Shown here piece after piece: positions 13,440-25,995 of a stretch of DNA of 64,000 bases. How positions within the stretch are numbered: the stretch's first letter is position 1; each line of letters begins with the position of its first letter. The position numbers and the translations under genes were made by a program. The stretch spans positions 8,473 to 72,472 of the forward strand of contig MU271280.1 of assembly GCA_021432655.1 (NCBI GenBank), read 5' to 3'. Under the pieces are notes generated by a model. It was not told the DNA's origin and made no database searches. It worked only from the letters and a program-made list of their open reading frames with translations. This DNA comes from Atractiella rhizophila. Its lineage: Eukaryota.

Positions 13440-14572
13440 GAATGCCGCTATTTGCATTGGGATGTCAGTCAAGGATGCACTTGTTGAAGTGCTTATAAAG
13501 GTTGGTGGTGGTAACGTTGTTGATTGCATGTAGGAGCGAAGGACCTTCTGGTGACCTGTCACAAGTGAATCATTACATTAGCCTCATGATGACAAATGAA
13601 CTAAGGGATATAAATACTTACTCTTTACAATAGTATGCGAGATACAACTCTCCTGAGAGGATATGCCGCTTGTACCCCTTCAAATCCCGTGCAATCTCAA
13701 TGATAATGAGCGTAAAGCTCTTTTGTCTTCTCTGAAACCCAACTGTGCTTGCGGCAGCCTGTCACATAAATGCACATCAACAAAATGAGATCTTATCATC
13801 AAAAGAGCTGAAGGGACGTACAGAAGTCATTTTCATCATCAGAAAGGTCCGAATCAGACTCGAGGGAAGGATCATAAGCCTGCTTTAACATTTGTCGTTC
13901 TGGATTAGGAGCCGTGGGCTTTGATTTGATCTCAGAGCTGGGAATAGCGGGAGATGTAAGAGAGGTGACATGTTCTGAAGCTTGAGTGTCAGTTTCAAGA
14001 GAAGACATTATAGCAGTGTAGAAACACTGATTAAGTTGCAAGTCAGGCACAGCAAGTCGAAGCTTTTACATACCACCACATAACGTACCGGAAGAATCAG
14101 AAATTTCAAGCGAATATCTGTGCTGTCCAACATCACGAACCTTAACGGGACTTGAAGAACTGGTGTAACTTCGAAAGATGAACCACGGAGGGGCTCGAAA
14201 TGCAGCTCGTTGGTGATAAGAGGGAGCGCTGTCAGTGGGAGAAAACTGGAGGTTGAGTTGCTGTGGCCTAAAGTCCTTGGTGACACTCCTTTGTGAAAAT
14301 AATTATGCTTCCATCCTGGCATTGTTGTCTCATGCACAATGGTTGTTCTGCGAAGAAGACTGGAGCTCTGCAAGCTGCAAGAAGGCTGTAAGACTTGAAA
14401 ACTTAACCTTGAGGTGCAGGTACCCGTCACAAGTACCCATACAACGTCGGCCTTGATTTGTGCAGAGCCTTTGCACGGCACAACAAGTATCCATCCCACA
14501 AGATAGCCAAAGATTGCTGCTTCATAACTCGTTGTGTGCAAATACCTGTGGCTCGAGTACCCACGAATACTG
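13440..14572 (-). pseudogene. 5' end and BED-finger region of the hAT element that continues at 15761 (displaced by inversion)
   Basis: AYYCK...TTNLYKHFNKC on the minus strand; gtaccc/gagtac subterminal repeats and a CAGT-starting end near 14400-14572. Confidence 0.6.
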
Positions 14573-15337
14573 AACTGTTGACATCTCTACTTCTGACGTG
14601 AATTAATCTTTGTATAGACACAAGGAGATCCTTGTGTTTGACCAGTTGAAGATTCTGCATGCGGCATCATATTCTTTAAAGGTTGACTACAATGGTGTAT
14701 GCACATTGCTTTCTTGTGTTTACTTTCCAAGACAGAGTTAAATACGGCAACTGGCCTCTCATTACCGTTTGCCGAAATCTCACCAGTCAAGTCGCTTCAG
14801 ATTTGGAGGCTGATGACAAACCAATTCACTGAGCCTTCTCCCATTGGCACCCCACTCTTACTGATATCGGAGGAAGACAAGGACTTGCAGCTTTCCGAGA
14901 CCTGTTGGTCAAGCTGAATGAGGTTGATAACTCTTCTTTCCCCTAATATCTCCTCAAAGCACAAAAGATATCCACTTGTGCCGTGGCCGTGCGAATTCAC
15001 ACCGTTCTTTTTGAGCATGCTCTCATTGATCCTGCTGGCGACAGGAGCATTGACAAGGATTATGACCCTCTGTTCAACGACACTGGATCCATCAGAGGTA
15101 ACGAGCAAGATCCTGCAGTGATGAATATCGACGGAAATGAGTTGGCAGAGTCTCTTGAACAGAACACGAAGCTGTGCACCCGAAGTCCAGAGGGAGATCT
15201 ACCAGAGCTAAGCTATATATTCGCTTTGTTACTTTGCTATTTTAGATGAGACTTACCTTGATTTGTATCCGATAAGGCTTTTGCCACCAACAGAACGGCA
15301 ATATCGACCTTGGACCCGTCACTGAGAGAGGTCATCA

Positions 15338-15760
15338 TGTTAGGGCAGACACTACGTGCGGTCGCTGACAGGCGATGTGTCTGTAGTGGAGATAAACCTA
15401 AGAGCATGATATGACATGAAGACTAACCTGTAGTGGAGATAAACCTAAGAGAATACCCTAAGTTCACCTCCACTACTCTCCGATCTATATATACAAGCGG
15501 AATAACACTCCCACAGAGAGTAGAGGAGAGCAGACGAAACATGTAAGAGAACTAAAAGGGGAAGTGACAGTGGGATTACGCGGAGTTAATAAGGCACATT
15601 TGGGCTAAGTGGTGATGTAGGTGCAAATGGGCAAACGGGCAAACAGGGGCGACAGGAGACGCAGTGGCGAACGGGCACCGATTCGCAGGGAACGCAAATG
15701 GGCGATAGGAGAAGCAATCCGGCGAACGGGTGCCGATTTGCGTAAGATGCAAACCTGACA
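15338..15760 (-). repeat. Solo LTR, family A (~423 bp)
   Basis: Reverse complement runs TGTCAGG...CCCTAACA; highly similar to 31391-31819. Confidence 0.85.
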
Positions 15761-18700
15761 ATTCGATCTGCTCTTAGCTGCACTTATATCCGAGCTGCCT
15801 TCCACATTCTGTCGACTGAATGGATTGTTGAGAGCGGATGGCCCTTTTCAATCCTTCAGGACCGAAAACTTCAAGATATCATGCACATGCTTTACAATGG
15901 TGTCAACATCCATGGCTGGATGACGTCTCTTCAGATATTAAGCGATACTATGAGCTTTCAAAAGAGATTGTTGTAAAGGAACTGCAGGTCTGTTCTCTGT
16001 TCATTTTGCTTCAGGATTGGGTAGGTACTGAATATTGTATGGGGATGGCATAGACTCACCGAGGTGCAATCCACTTGACAACGGACGTATGGACTGCTTC
16101 TAATCGAACAAACCTTCTCGCATTGACCATACACCGGTACAAAGATGGTGTGCTCCAGCAATTCCTCCTTGATCTAATCCCGTGAGTTTTCTCTTCTCCC
16201 ACATCCGCAGCCTGCTCATCGCTTGCACTCTTTCACTCAGTTTGGATGGCCGACACACCGGAGATCTGCTTGTGAGGCGCATCACAGCAACTTGGGATGA
16301 GTTCAAGACATGTGGGAAAGTCGGTCTTTTCCGTCTACTGAGCTGTTGAACTGAATCCATGCTCCTAGGTCATCACTCTCAGCGGTGATAGTGCGTCGAA
16401 CAATCTCTTAGCCGCAGAAAAGCTCGAAGACGAGGTGAAGTGCATCACCGGGAAGAATACCTTCCTAGGCAAGTATGCCTATGCCCGATGCTTAGGACAT
16501 GTTCTGAATCTTTTAATGTTGGTACGCAGTTCTTTTTTCACTTCTTCAGGTTCTACATGGTCTTTCTAACATAGATGTGATTAGGCAATGTATTCCTTAT
16601 TCCTGTATAAACGTGGCAAGGGCAATGATGTTGATGAAGAAGAGGCACTCTTCAGCACAGTTACTGAAAACGAAGTCGACGAAGGGGAGGATGATGCCGA
16701 TGCTGAAGCTCTGCTCAATCAGATGGACGACATTTTGCATGGGATGGATAGTGAAGAGAGTATGGATAGCATCAGTGACATCTTCAAGGTTTTGGCTAAG
16801 TTGACAGAGGAGGAAAGAAAAGCGGCTAAGTTTCTTTGACTAAGGTATGTTTGTCCTCACTAATTCAATTCCTCGTACCGATGCTGAATGATGTCCGCTA
16901 TAGATTGTGTGAATGGCAAAAGCGATCCACTTCTCCACACCGAACGCTGGCTGGTCAAGACGCTAGCAAAGGAGAATAACATTGAATACAAAGGGCTGGT
17001 ACGAACTGTAAGGTATGTCCCACTTGCTCCACTGCCTATTGTCATCGACTCTACTGATTCACCGCTGGAATGCCTATCACCTGTGTCTTACCTCCATTAC
17101 CCATCTTCGTAAAGCCATCAACGAGATTATGGGACGAAAATACGAGGAACATGGTCTTATGAAATGGGACGTCAGGGACGAGGAATGGACGGTCTTAGAT
17201 GATCTGAAGAAGTTGGGAAGGTGAGTAACCTCATTATTTGTCTGATTACAATCTAATATGCTGTGGGGTTGTGAATAGCCATTCTATAACGCAACTCTCT
17301 TTATCTCCCAGAAAGGAGTTCCTCTGCTTGTCATTCTGATCATGGATAAACTGCAAGCACACCTCGACAGGATTTGTTCGGATGAGAAGATCTCGAAGAT
17401 CGTGCGCCATTATTACATGAGTGTGGACCTGGCACGGGTCCAAGCTGGGAGTGAGCCGAAATGGGGGCACGAGGACTGAGAATGAATAATGCTAAAACAT
17501 GGATTTCATGAGATCATAAGAAAGAAAGAGACAATGGCATAAGAGAAGCATACCTAAAACACCCAAACTAGTCGCACATCTAACGGGTGCGAACAGAGTC
17601 AAATAGCAATATCTCTGTGACTAAAATAAGCGACAAGAATGTGGACTAAGAAGGCCTAAGCCTACCTTCTAGTCCGGGTGCTCGTATACGATAATAGGGG
17701 CTCTTGAAAGGGGAGAATGGGTAGTAACCTGAAGAGTGCCCATGGCATAAGTAAGAGAAATAAGAACGTAAAAGCTACTCACCTCGCACACTACAACACT
17801 GCGTAACGATTAAAAAGGACGCTACGAGTGAAAGACGGATGGTGGTTGTGTGCGAGGGAGACAGGACTGAGTCAAATTAGAAAATTGGAATTTGGAACAA
17901 GGAAACAAAAAGATGACTTGGAAAAGAACAATGACCATTAACATGACTATTAATCCGTATTACAGCCATGCTGCGGTTGTTGGCACGAAGGTCCTCAACA
18001 AGTATTACTCGCTCACTGACGATTCCTCTTTTTATTGAATGGCAATGTGTAGGTTCTTCAGTATCTTCATGTACAAGATGCTGATTTAATATGTCTAGAT
18101 GCCGCCCCAAACTTCAAACTCCAGTACTTCAAGTCTCAAAAGTGGCCTGACGAGTGGATCGAAGAAGTCGAACACCTTACGATGGAATACTTGGAGAAGA
18201 ACTATCCGGATGCAGTGAGGGTTTGGAAGACCTTGAACAAAAATAAAAAGAAGTCGGTTCGTGTCTTGATTTCTTATTGAAATGTCATTCTTATTGACCT
18301 TATGTAGACAATCATGGAAAGCATAAGTTTCTTCAATGACCTTATCAACAGCAACGGCGGAGCAGGCTGTAACCAGGACCTTCAAAGAGCCTGAGGGATC
18401 AATACAGGATGGAGCCGGTTGCAGAGGACATTGGCAATCCATCGCTTTATTGGGAGGCATGCATGAAGGCAACAGAGAAGAAGGGTTGTGTGGATTACCT
18501 CCTGGTCTGTTACCTTTCATTTCCATCTTTCACTTCCATCCCTTGCTTAGCTCTGCCTGACAAACATACTAGTAACCTCGGTTGATGTTGAACGAATCTT
18601 CTCTGTGGCAGGCAACACCATTGCTCCATGCCGAATTGCCTCTGCCCTGAAAATTCGCGTGCTGCTGTCATCCTCAGAGCGTGGGGCAAATTTTCTGGAG

Positions 18701-18862
18701 CTGACTTATTGGAAAAGGAAGGAATTCGAGGCGGAGTTGAATGGTGGTTGGGAGGGTGTCAGAAAAGGGAAGGGGAGGAAGAGTGGGAGGTCTGTATTGG
18801 ATGTCAAAGAGGACAAAGAGGAGGAGGGTGGTGGTAAGGTAGTTGTCATCGAAGACAACTAA
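15761..18862 (+). pseudogene. Decayed hAT transposase (with nested solo LTR)
   Basis: EWIVESGWPF, GRHTG, SGDSASNN, CLGHVLNL, HRWNA, KVLNKYYSLTDDS, TSVDVERIFSVAG; many stops and frameshifts. Confidence 0.85.
17411..17964 (-). repeat. 554-bp solo-LTR-like insertion with 5-bp TSD GCCAT
   Basis: GCCAT at 17406-17410 and 17965-17969; removing the insert restores ISKIVRH-AAVVGTKVLNKYY; minus strand begins TGTAATA. Confidence 0.8.
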
Positions 18863-19139
18863 CCGACGGGCCTGTCATTCTGGAAGTGTGGGGTTATTGT
18901 GCGGAAGGGGTTCATCAGCTGCTTTGTTCTTTTCTTTTAATGTGCTGCTTCTTTTCTTTTACTTTTCTTGGGGTCATTGGAAGACAACTGTTTCTTCGGC
19001 CAATATCTCGGTTTCTTTTCAATAACGCATAACTCTGTTCCGAATAGTGATATAGTGAAGTAATGAAATTGAATGATTTATAGTATTATACAGCATACTG
19101 TGGGGATAAAAGCAGAACTGACTCTTGATTTCTGAGAGA

Positions 19140-19392
19140 GCTCTCGCGAGTACCTGTTGAATGACAGGGTACTCATTAGCCTATACTCCTGAGTACTCCT
19201 GAGAGGGTTACAAGTACCTTTAACTACACAAGTCTCCGTACTTGTCAGGACTCGTTTATAGCACAAATACTCGCAAGTCAAGGGTATCTGTGCTGCGGGG
19301 AGTACGACAAGCACTGAGCCATAGCTGTAGTTATAGTTTACTCCTGAGTTCAGATACCCAAACTTGCGAGTAGGACTTGTTGGCAGCCGTAG
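19140..19392. mobile_element. Probable hAT 3' subterminal/terminal region
   Basis: Dense gagtac/tactc/gcgagta short repeats ending caagcactg (~19317); no matching 8-bp TSD identified. Confidence 0.45.
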
Positions 19393-20192
19393 TCAGAAGT
19401 TGGAAGCAAAATAGACACACACTCAGACTCCTCGCCCCTTCTCCTTTTTGACTCGCTAATAGCTGTACCGTCCTCATTGTTCCTCTTCACAAGGTCCACG
19501 GATATTCTGATTCTCTTGCCTAAGATTGACATTTTTGAACAGGTAGGGATGGGTGGCGGTTTAGATAAACTGGGAGAAGCATCGTTGGGCTGCTGAGATT
19601 TATAAGGCTGAAGCTGAAGCTTCAAATTATCAAGTTGGAACAAGTTTGAAGGCAACCCGATGTGCGTACCTTTGATCTGTCCTTGAAACCTGCTGACATC
19701 CATATGAACAGAATCGTATATCGAGTCGTGTCATAAACAGCAACCCAAGAGCACTCGAATCGTGGTCAAACCATCAACTGAAGAAGATTCTTGGCTTTGC
19801 TTGCTTTGCTGCAGGTATCGGAGTCAGTGGCATAAGTACGGTTCCGGTTCGAGAGCCATCCCTAGTTCTTGGCATGAGTCATAAAACGCACTTTTGAGCG
19901 TTCATACCTCCCTCAGCAGGCACGTTAACATAAAACGAATTACACCATCTTATTTCATATGCTTGCGCCTTTCTGAATCTGCAAGGAAATTTTATTCTGC
20001 AGAGGTCAAAAAAATATGTTTCATACTGGACTCGAACCCTTTCAAGTATCACACCAGGGTTCAAGGGGTCATGCCACTTGCGAGTGGGTTGGGGGCCTCA
20101 GGGACGAAGGCTGATGACACACTTGCAACGATTAACGGACAAAACACTTGCAACCAGCGTTAAATTGCACTACCCCGCTTCGAGAATTACGA

Positions 20193-22779
20193 ATGACCAT
20201 GGCGGCGCTCTCTGAACTGATCTACGTTGTTACTGGAGTTAATGCAGGGGGAGAAGAGATTTATGTTGGTCCAACAGCAACCAATGTCGCGTCGATACGA
20301 TTGATATCCGAACTAAGACGACATCTGGAGCGTGACATCAACATCTCTTCACTCACCCTTCCAAGAGACAGTGCAGAAGCTTGCCGACTGAGGCTCTGGA
20401 AGGTGAAAAAGCTACCAGTTACTGCCGGGGAAGAAACCATGCAGCTGGTCCAATCCATCCAATTTTTCTGGAACCGTGATGGAAAGGATATCGCTGAACC
20501 GCCCAAGACAGATTTACCGTTGGAGTTGGACTTTCTTCCACAATTCCACAACCTCAGCTCTTATTGGCCAAATCAGCCCAACATGTCTGAATTGCATGTT
20601 ATCGCTGAAGTTCTACCATTCCTTGACCCTTATCCAGATGGTATGTTTGTTTCCTCATCATTTCACGGACCGCCCCTGACGAATTTCACAGTGGCAGATT
20701 CAAGTGCATGGCTGCAGACGCATACGGATGGAATCTTCCAATTGGCACGATTCAAGGTTGAATCTAAGGCGTCTTTCCCTAGTCTCGTGGATAGCTTGGA
20801 TCTGTTGGAGAAGAACAAAATCCACAATCGCCCCTCCCAAGCGCTACTCGACGCTAAAACTCAACTAGCCAAATTTTTCAATATGCCTTCCGAGTCGAAA
20901 CGAGAAGAACTGAATGGGCTCTTTGAATACGCAGAGCATCTTAAGGCAAATTTTGGTCGAAATGTCGACGCTTCAGACCGGACAGTGAAAGCGGGAGAGC
21001 TGAGTCATTACGCCGCCGTCCTTGAACATGGCTGTCACAGTTCATGCCGCCAGCGCTTTTCACAGAAGAAAAAATTCTACGCTTGCTCGAAATATCTGGA
21101 TCCAGTGGCGATTGGTCTATCACAAGGGATGCAGGGGTGGAGTTTTCACTAGTAAGCTAGATCGCTTGGTTGCTTGGTTGAAGTTGACGGTTGCATTCAG
21201 CGACGAAGATTGGCCGTTTTATTTATTACCTTGGGTGAAACATCGCCATAAGCCCTTGGTCCAGTTCAAATATCTCCCGCGGAGCGATGGCGCCTTTCGT
21301 GACCAGTCAAACACCCCACGACTTCTTGTTGAGGTTCAGTCAGATCCATCTCGATCGGACGAAACCAGAATGCTGCTCCAAGGCGCCACCCTCGTCAGAC
21401 TAGCCCAGGACGTCATCAACTCGGCTGAAGAGACCAAGAACGAACCGTGGCGATTCGTTTTGATTTGTTGTTATGTGACAAACGAACTGATGGTTAAACG
21501 ATATTTGATGTGTTGTGAGGATATGCAAAATCCTAGCGTGCGCAGATTTAGTCGCTCTTTAGAAGTACTCTAAGGGTTTTTCAGGAAAAAGTTGTCTATC
21601 AACATGACGCATTCGATCTCCAAGAGCCAGCCGGAGTGTTCAAGTTCCTCCTTGAGCTATACAACTTCCCCGACATCATGAAACCAATCGACCCCTTCAA
21701 TATTCTAACAAATTTAGAGCGTGCGGTAGTAAAGCCACTCCGATCGTTTTATTCCACTGGTCGCACCAAGAGCGGAAAGCGGAAAGCGACGGACGAGGAC
21801 AAAGGTGACCAGTCACATGGCAGAGCGGCAAAGTCTCAGAGGCTGAATATCCCCGCAGTCACGAAGGCTCTTCTAGATGCAGGTTACTCGATAGTCCGGC
21901 TTGATGCCAGCGGTTGGACCATAGTTGATGAGGTCCGTGCTCTCCAGCTGGATCCTTTCCGCACTGACCACAATACTCCAGACACCATCAATATCTTACC
22001 CGTCAGTAGCAACGGTTTGTCGACGAGACGGGAAGCGGTTCATTGTCAAGATCGTCGAAAGTCCAGAGTTCGAAGAAACAGCGATCCACCGTTCACTGGC
22101 GCGAATCGACGACCGAAGGAACCATACGATAAAGATTGTCGAAGTTTTGGAGTGTGAAGGCGACCAACTCCTCATTCTTCCACTCGGAGTTCCCCTATGC
22201 GATCTCAGCTTCAAACTTGGAAATCGTTTCAACAGCACTCTTGCGATCTCTCTCTGTCACCAACTCATCGATGGTGTTGGATTTATGCATAGTCAAGGCT
22301 TTGCGCACCTGGATCTGAAGCCCGATAACCTTGTTGTCATTGACAAGACTCTCCACATTATTGATTTTGGATTGTCTCGTCGAGTGGCCCCAGATACGAC
22401 ATTGAAAGGCTTCCGAGGGACGAAGACGTGGGTTGCCCCAGAAGTCGGGGAAAATGATGGACCGAAACAGACATATGAAGCTATCCCTGTCGATTTATGG
22501 GCGACCGGCACCATTATCCTTCGTTTCTTTGGTCTATATCTCCCGGACAATCATCAACTTTTGGATATCGCAAGACAATTAACCGCACATGATCCAAAGT
22601 CTCGACCACGCCTGGATGGAATGAATCGAAGCCATAAAAGGAGGAGTCTTGAGCTGGATGTCCCTATTAGTAAACACAGGTTTGTTCATTCTCTTTGCAA
22701 TGTTTGCCCTGAACTTAATTTCGTTTATAGCAGAAAAGACTACCTGGAGCAGTCACCCCGTCCATTGCCAGTTTGTTGA
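20193..22779 (+). CDS. Crinkler/CR-effector-like protein: N-terminal CRN (Ubl-like) header, PD-(D/E)xK REase-like domain, C-terminal protein kinase
   Basis: ISELR...A.RLRLWKV...LSSYW...LHVIAEV header; PRSDGAF...PRLLVEVQS; kinase IVK, HLDLKPDN, DFG, GT..WVAPE, DLW; joined through GT-AG introns. Confidence 0.7.
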
Positions 22780-23959
22780 GTTGAATCTGAGAAGTTTTCG
22801 GTGTACCATAGTCTGTTTTATAAGTGATTGAAGCCATGTCATACTATCTATGCAGGACTGGTTTAGCTTACCTCTCTTTCTGAATCAATAGGACAATTGT
22901 GGATTTTCGCCAGTTCCTAATAAATTGCGTTCTGCCTCTATCCCTGCTCCCCTTCAAAGTTCGCCTGCAACCTGATAATCAATTTGGATTTGTAGGTCGT
23001 AATATTGGACAATATGCAACCACAAAGGCTGTCCCCTTCGCACCTGGTTCGGCCATCCTGTTCAGTATTGGCAGAATGAGCCTTAGGCTTTAGCTTCAAA
23101 GCGTCACCCCAGTCAAGACGGCAGTCGCCTGCTGGTATGGAATCTGACCACAAACCGTGACCAATGTTTAGCGGCCACAAGAATGATGGGTTCGACGCTG
23201 TTTGTGAGATGTTCGCTTTAGGACTACTGTTGGGAACGGACCTTCCTGACGCAAGTGCGGAGCATTGTTGTAAATGTTTTTTTGACTGAGGGACTGGACT
23301 GGCTTGTCATTTGGGAGTAACTTGTCTTCTGAAGCACAGGTAGCCTCGCATTCGTATCGCGAGATCAGTTATGTTGATGTTATAGATGATGTTGGATGTG
23401 CTTGTGCTTTGGCTCCGTCCATATCCCAAATGGATTTGCAGTGGGGCATACATTCTAAGGTGCAATTGAGAAGAGGACTGCAAGTGATGTTATTGTTGAT
23501 TCGTGTCGTTCTTGTATGCCGGGAATAATAATTGCCTCAGCTTTCACACACTCTATATACTTTTAAAGACGTTGCTAGTAAAATCAAGAAAGAGTAAGAT
23601 AGTAAGAAAACAGAAAAAGCGTATCAAATGAGACAGAATTAGGTGAGGTGAAAGCGCGAGACCGCGACATGCACGCTCACAAACAAAAGCGTTCTGATAC
23701 AGAGATGTGTTGGGCAAAATTCACTCAGCTGCGAATGCAGGACTGTATATACCCATGCGGAATTCTTGGTGGTCCACCGGACGTCAGAAGTGAAGCGTCA
23801 GAGTCGAGAGATTAACTCAAACACTGGCACCATCTGGAGCGGGACGAGGTAGAAAATCTCAGCTCAGAACAGACCCACATGATTGGTTATTCTCAATATC
23901 TAAACCCAGACTGCCTCAAGGGTACATCCAACTTGCCCACCAACCAATTCGGGGGTTTC

Positions 23960-24412
23960 AAGTCACTCGCCATCCTCGATACTCCAAACAAGATCCCGAA
24001 CACTGTCTCAGCATAAACCGTTCCCATCCATCCAGTCTCCTCCTCCTTCCACCAGACGTGAGGATGCGGATGCCCGCCGTGGCGTCGTAGACTCCGACGA
24101 GGGTGGCAGTCGTGTAGAGGGATATGGAGGCGAGAGGATATCGGCGTATGGCGTGAGAGACGTAGGTGTATGACATGAGGGAGGACATTCCGAGCTCGAG
24201 TGGGAGGGTTCTATGGCTATAGATGTGATGCAGGGCGAAAGGAATGAGACCGTAACCTGTCAGCGCGTGCAAGGACATCCTTGGAAGATAACTCCACAAA
24301 CTCACAAACTCCTCCTCTCCATCCCCTCCTCTCCTTCCTCGTCCTCCTCAAAAGCCTTCGCCTTCTTCATCTGTCTCCTCCTCTGCCTGTATATCGCCAA
24401 CAGCCTCTTGAT
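23960..24412 (-). pseudogene. 3' fragment of an MCP1/DUF1691-like membrane protein
   Basis: IKRLLAIYR...SLHALTGYGLIPFALHHIYSHRTLP...MSYTYVSHAIRRYPLASISLY...VGVYDATAG; no N-terminal half present. Confidence 0.6.
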
Positions 24413-24774
24413 CTGTGAGCCACACCCAGCCTTGGGCCATGTCAAAAGGCCCATGAGTAGCGAGCCAGCTGCGAGCGATAGGTGAGTGTCGCTTTTGTCC
24501 GATCAATCGTTGAAGCAGCTTACAACGAGAGAACGAAAACATTCCAGCCGTCCAGCGCTGATGCAGCCGGGGGTGCTCCTACATCATGAAGTTCAGAGGA
24601 ACCATGTCGCTCAAATCAATCCATATTACCTTGGTTCGCCCACTTGTCTGAGTACAAGACAAAATGAGGCGGATTCTGCGCGAGTGTCGAAACCGTCTGG
24701 TTTGTAATTGGAAGAGAGAGAGCCCCATGCAGAAGAGAGCCTGCAAGCGTGAGAAGAGCGAGAAGAGCGGCCAT
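24407..24774 (-). pseudogene. GH18 chitinase 5' fragment fused to the MCP1-like fragment
   Basis: MAALLALLTLAG signal peptide, PHFVLYSDKW, APPAASALDGWNVFVLS, WLATHGPFDMAQGWVWLTDQ; chitinase similarity then stops. Confidence 0.8.
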
Positions 24775-25828
24775 TTCGCAACGAGGCAGCTAGCTAACTA
24801 GAGAAAGAAGAGGGTTGGAGGCACCTACATAAATACCATCCTTTGCTCCCCACCTCCATCGTGATGTGGAGGTCTTCATGCTGCAGTCTGAGAAAGCACA
24901 CCATGCTCTGACTGAAAACTTGTAGGAGCACAAGTTAGCACAAGGCATGAAAGGGGTCGGCTAGCCATCACATCTCGCCGACCATTTTGGTCGATATTAT
25001 CCACTGTTCCTTGCAAAGGCCAAGCTCAGGTTAGACCAGAATTGGGAAAGGAAGAGATTGTTGAGAAAGTTGAAGGAATTACAATTGAAGAAGGAGAGCA
25101 GGAAGCGAGCTAGACTGGAAAAGTTTAGTATATGCCACTAAGGTAACGACCCCACTGTTTCAAGGAGTCGTTCATAATTGTACATCCCTCAGTTACTCGT
25201 GATTTTAAATTTACCACATCACTTTTTGGCTGGCCCTGGAGAAGTGACTTGACAGTAGAGTATTAACCCATCGGAACTAGCTCTCGCCACATGATTGTAC
25301 CATAGTTCACAACGCGTGTGCTGACGCTAAGATGTGGTACATGGTCATGTCGTGGGGATGATGGGGGCGATAACGTAGGAAACACACGCGGGATAGAGAA
25401 ACCGATGATTGAGGCACTTTTGTGAGAAGAATTGCAAGGTTTAGCAACAGTGGATAATATCGACCAAAATGGTCGGCGAGATGTGATGGCTAGCCGACCC
25501 CTTTCATGCCTTGTGCTAACTTGTGCTCCTACAAGTTTTCAGTCAGAGCATGGTGTGCTTTCTCAGACTGCAGCATGAAGACCTCCACATCACGATGGAG
25601 GTGGGGAGCAAAGGATGGTATTTATGTAGGTGTCTCCAACCCTCTTCTTTCTCTAGTTAGCTAACTGTCTCGTTGCGAAATGGCCGCTCTTCTCGCTCTT
25701 CTCACGCTTGCAGGCTCTCTCCTGCATGGGACTCTCTCCCTTCCAATTACAAACCAGACGGTTTCGACGCTCGCACAGAATCCGCCTCATTTTGTCTTGT
25801 ACTCGGACAAGTGGGTGAATCAAGGTAA
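24626..25828. repeat. Long inverted repeat: arms ~24626-25008 and ~25446-25828, spacer ~440 bp
   Basis: cgccgaccattttggtcgatattatccactgtt vs aacagtggataatatcgaccaaaatggtcggcg; near identity extends through the promoter and exon 1 of both chitinases. Confidence 0.95.
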
Positions 25829-25995
25829 GTGCTGGCATGCGTGGTGATGGCTTATCTGGACTTCGTGGCGTAGGCGCACCGCCCGCTGCCTCAGCTCTGG
25901 ATGGCTGGAATGTCTTCGTACTCTCTTTGTATGCTAGTTCACTGTTTCACTTGATCAAAGTGGCGCTCACCTTACATTTCTTGTAGTTGGCTGGC
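25680..25995 (+). CDS. GH18 chitinase, 5' exons (continues inside the reversed segment)
   Basis: MAALLALLTLAGSLLHG...PHFVLYSDKWVNQ / APPAASALDGWNVFVLSF / WLA, breaking off at 25995. Confidence 0.9.

Noticed and set aside
14572..19317. Exact TIR pair and 8-bp TSD for the reconstructed hAT element
   Set aside because: The candidate ends (CAGTATTCGT vs CAGTGCTTGT) match only loosely and the flanks do not form a TSD.
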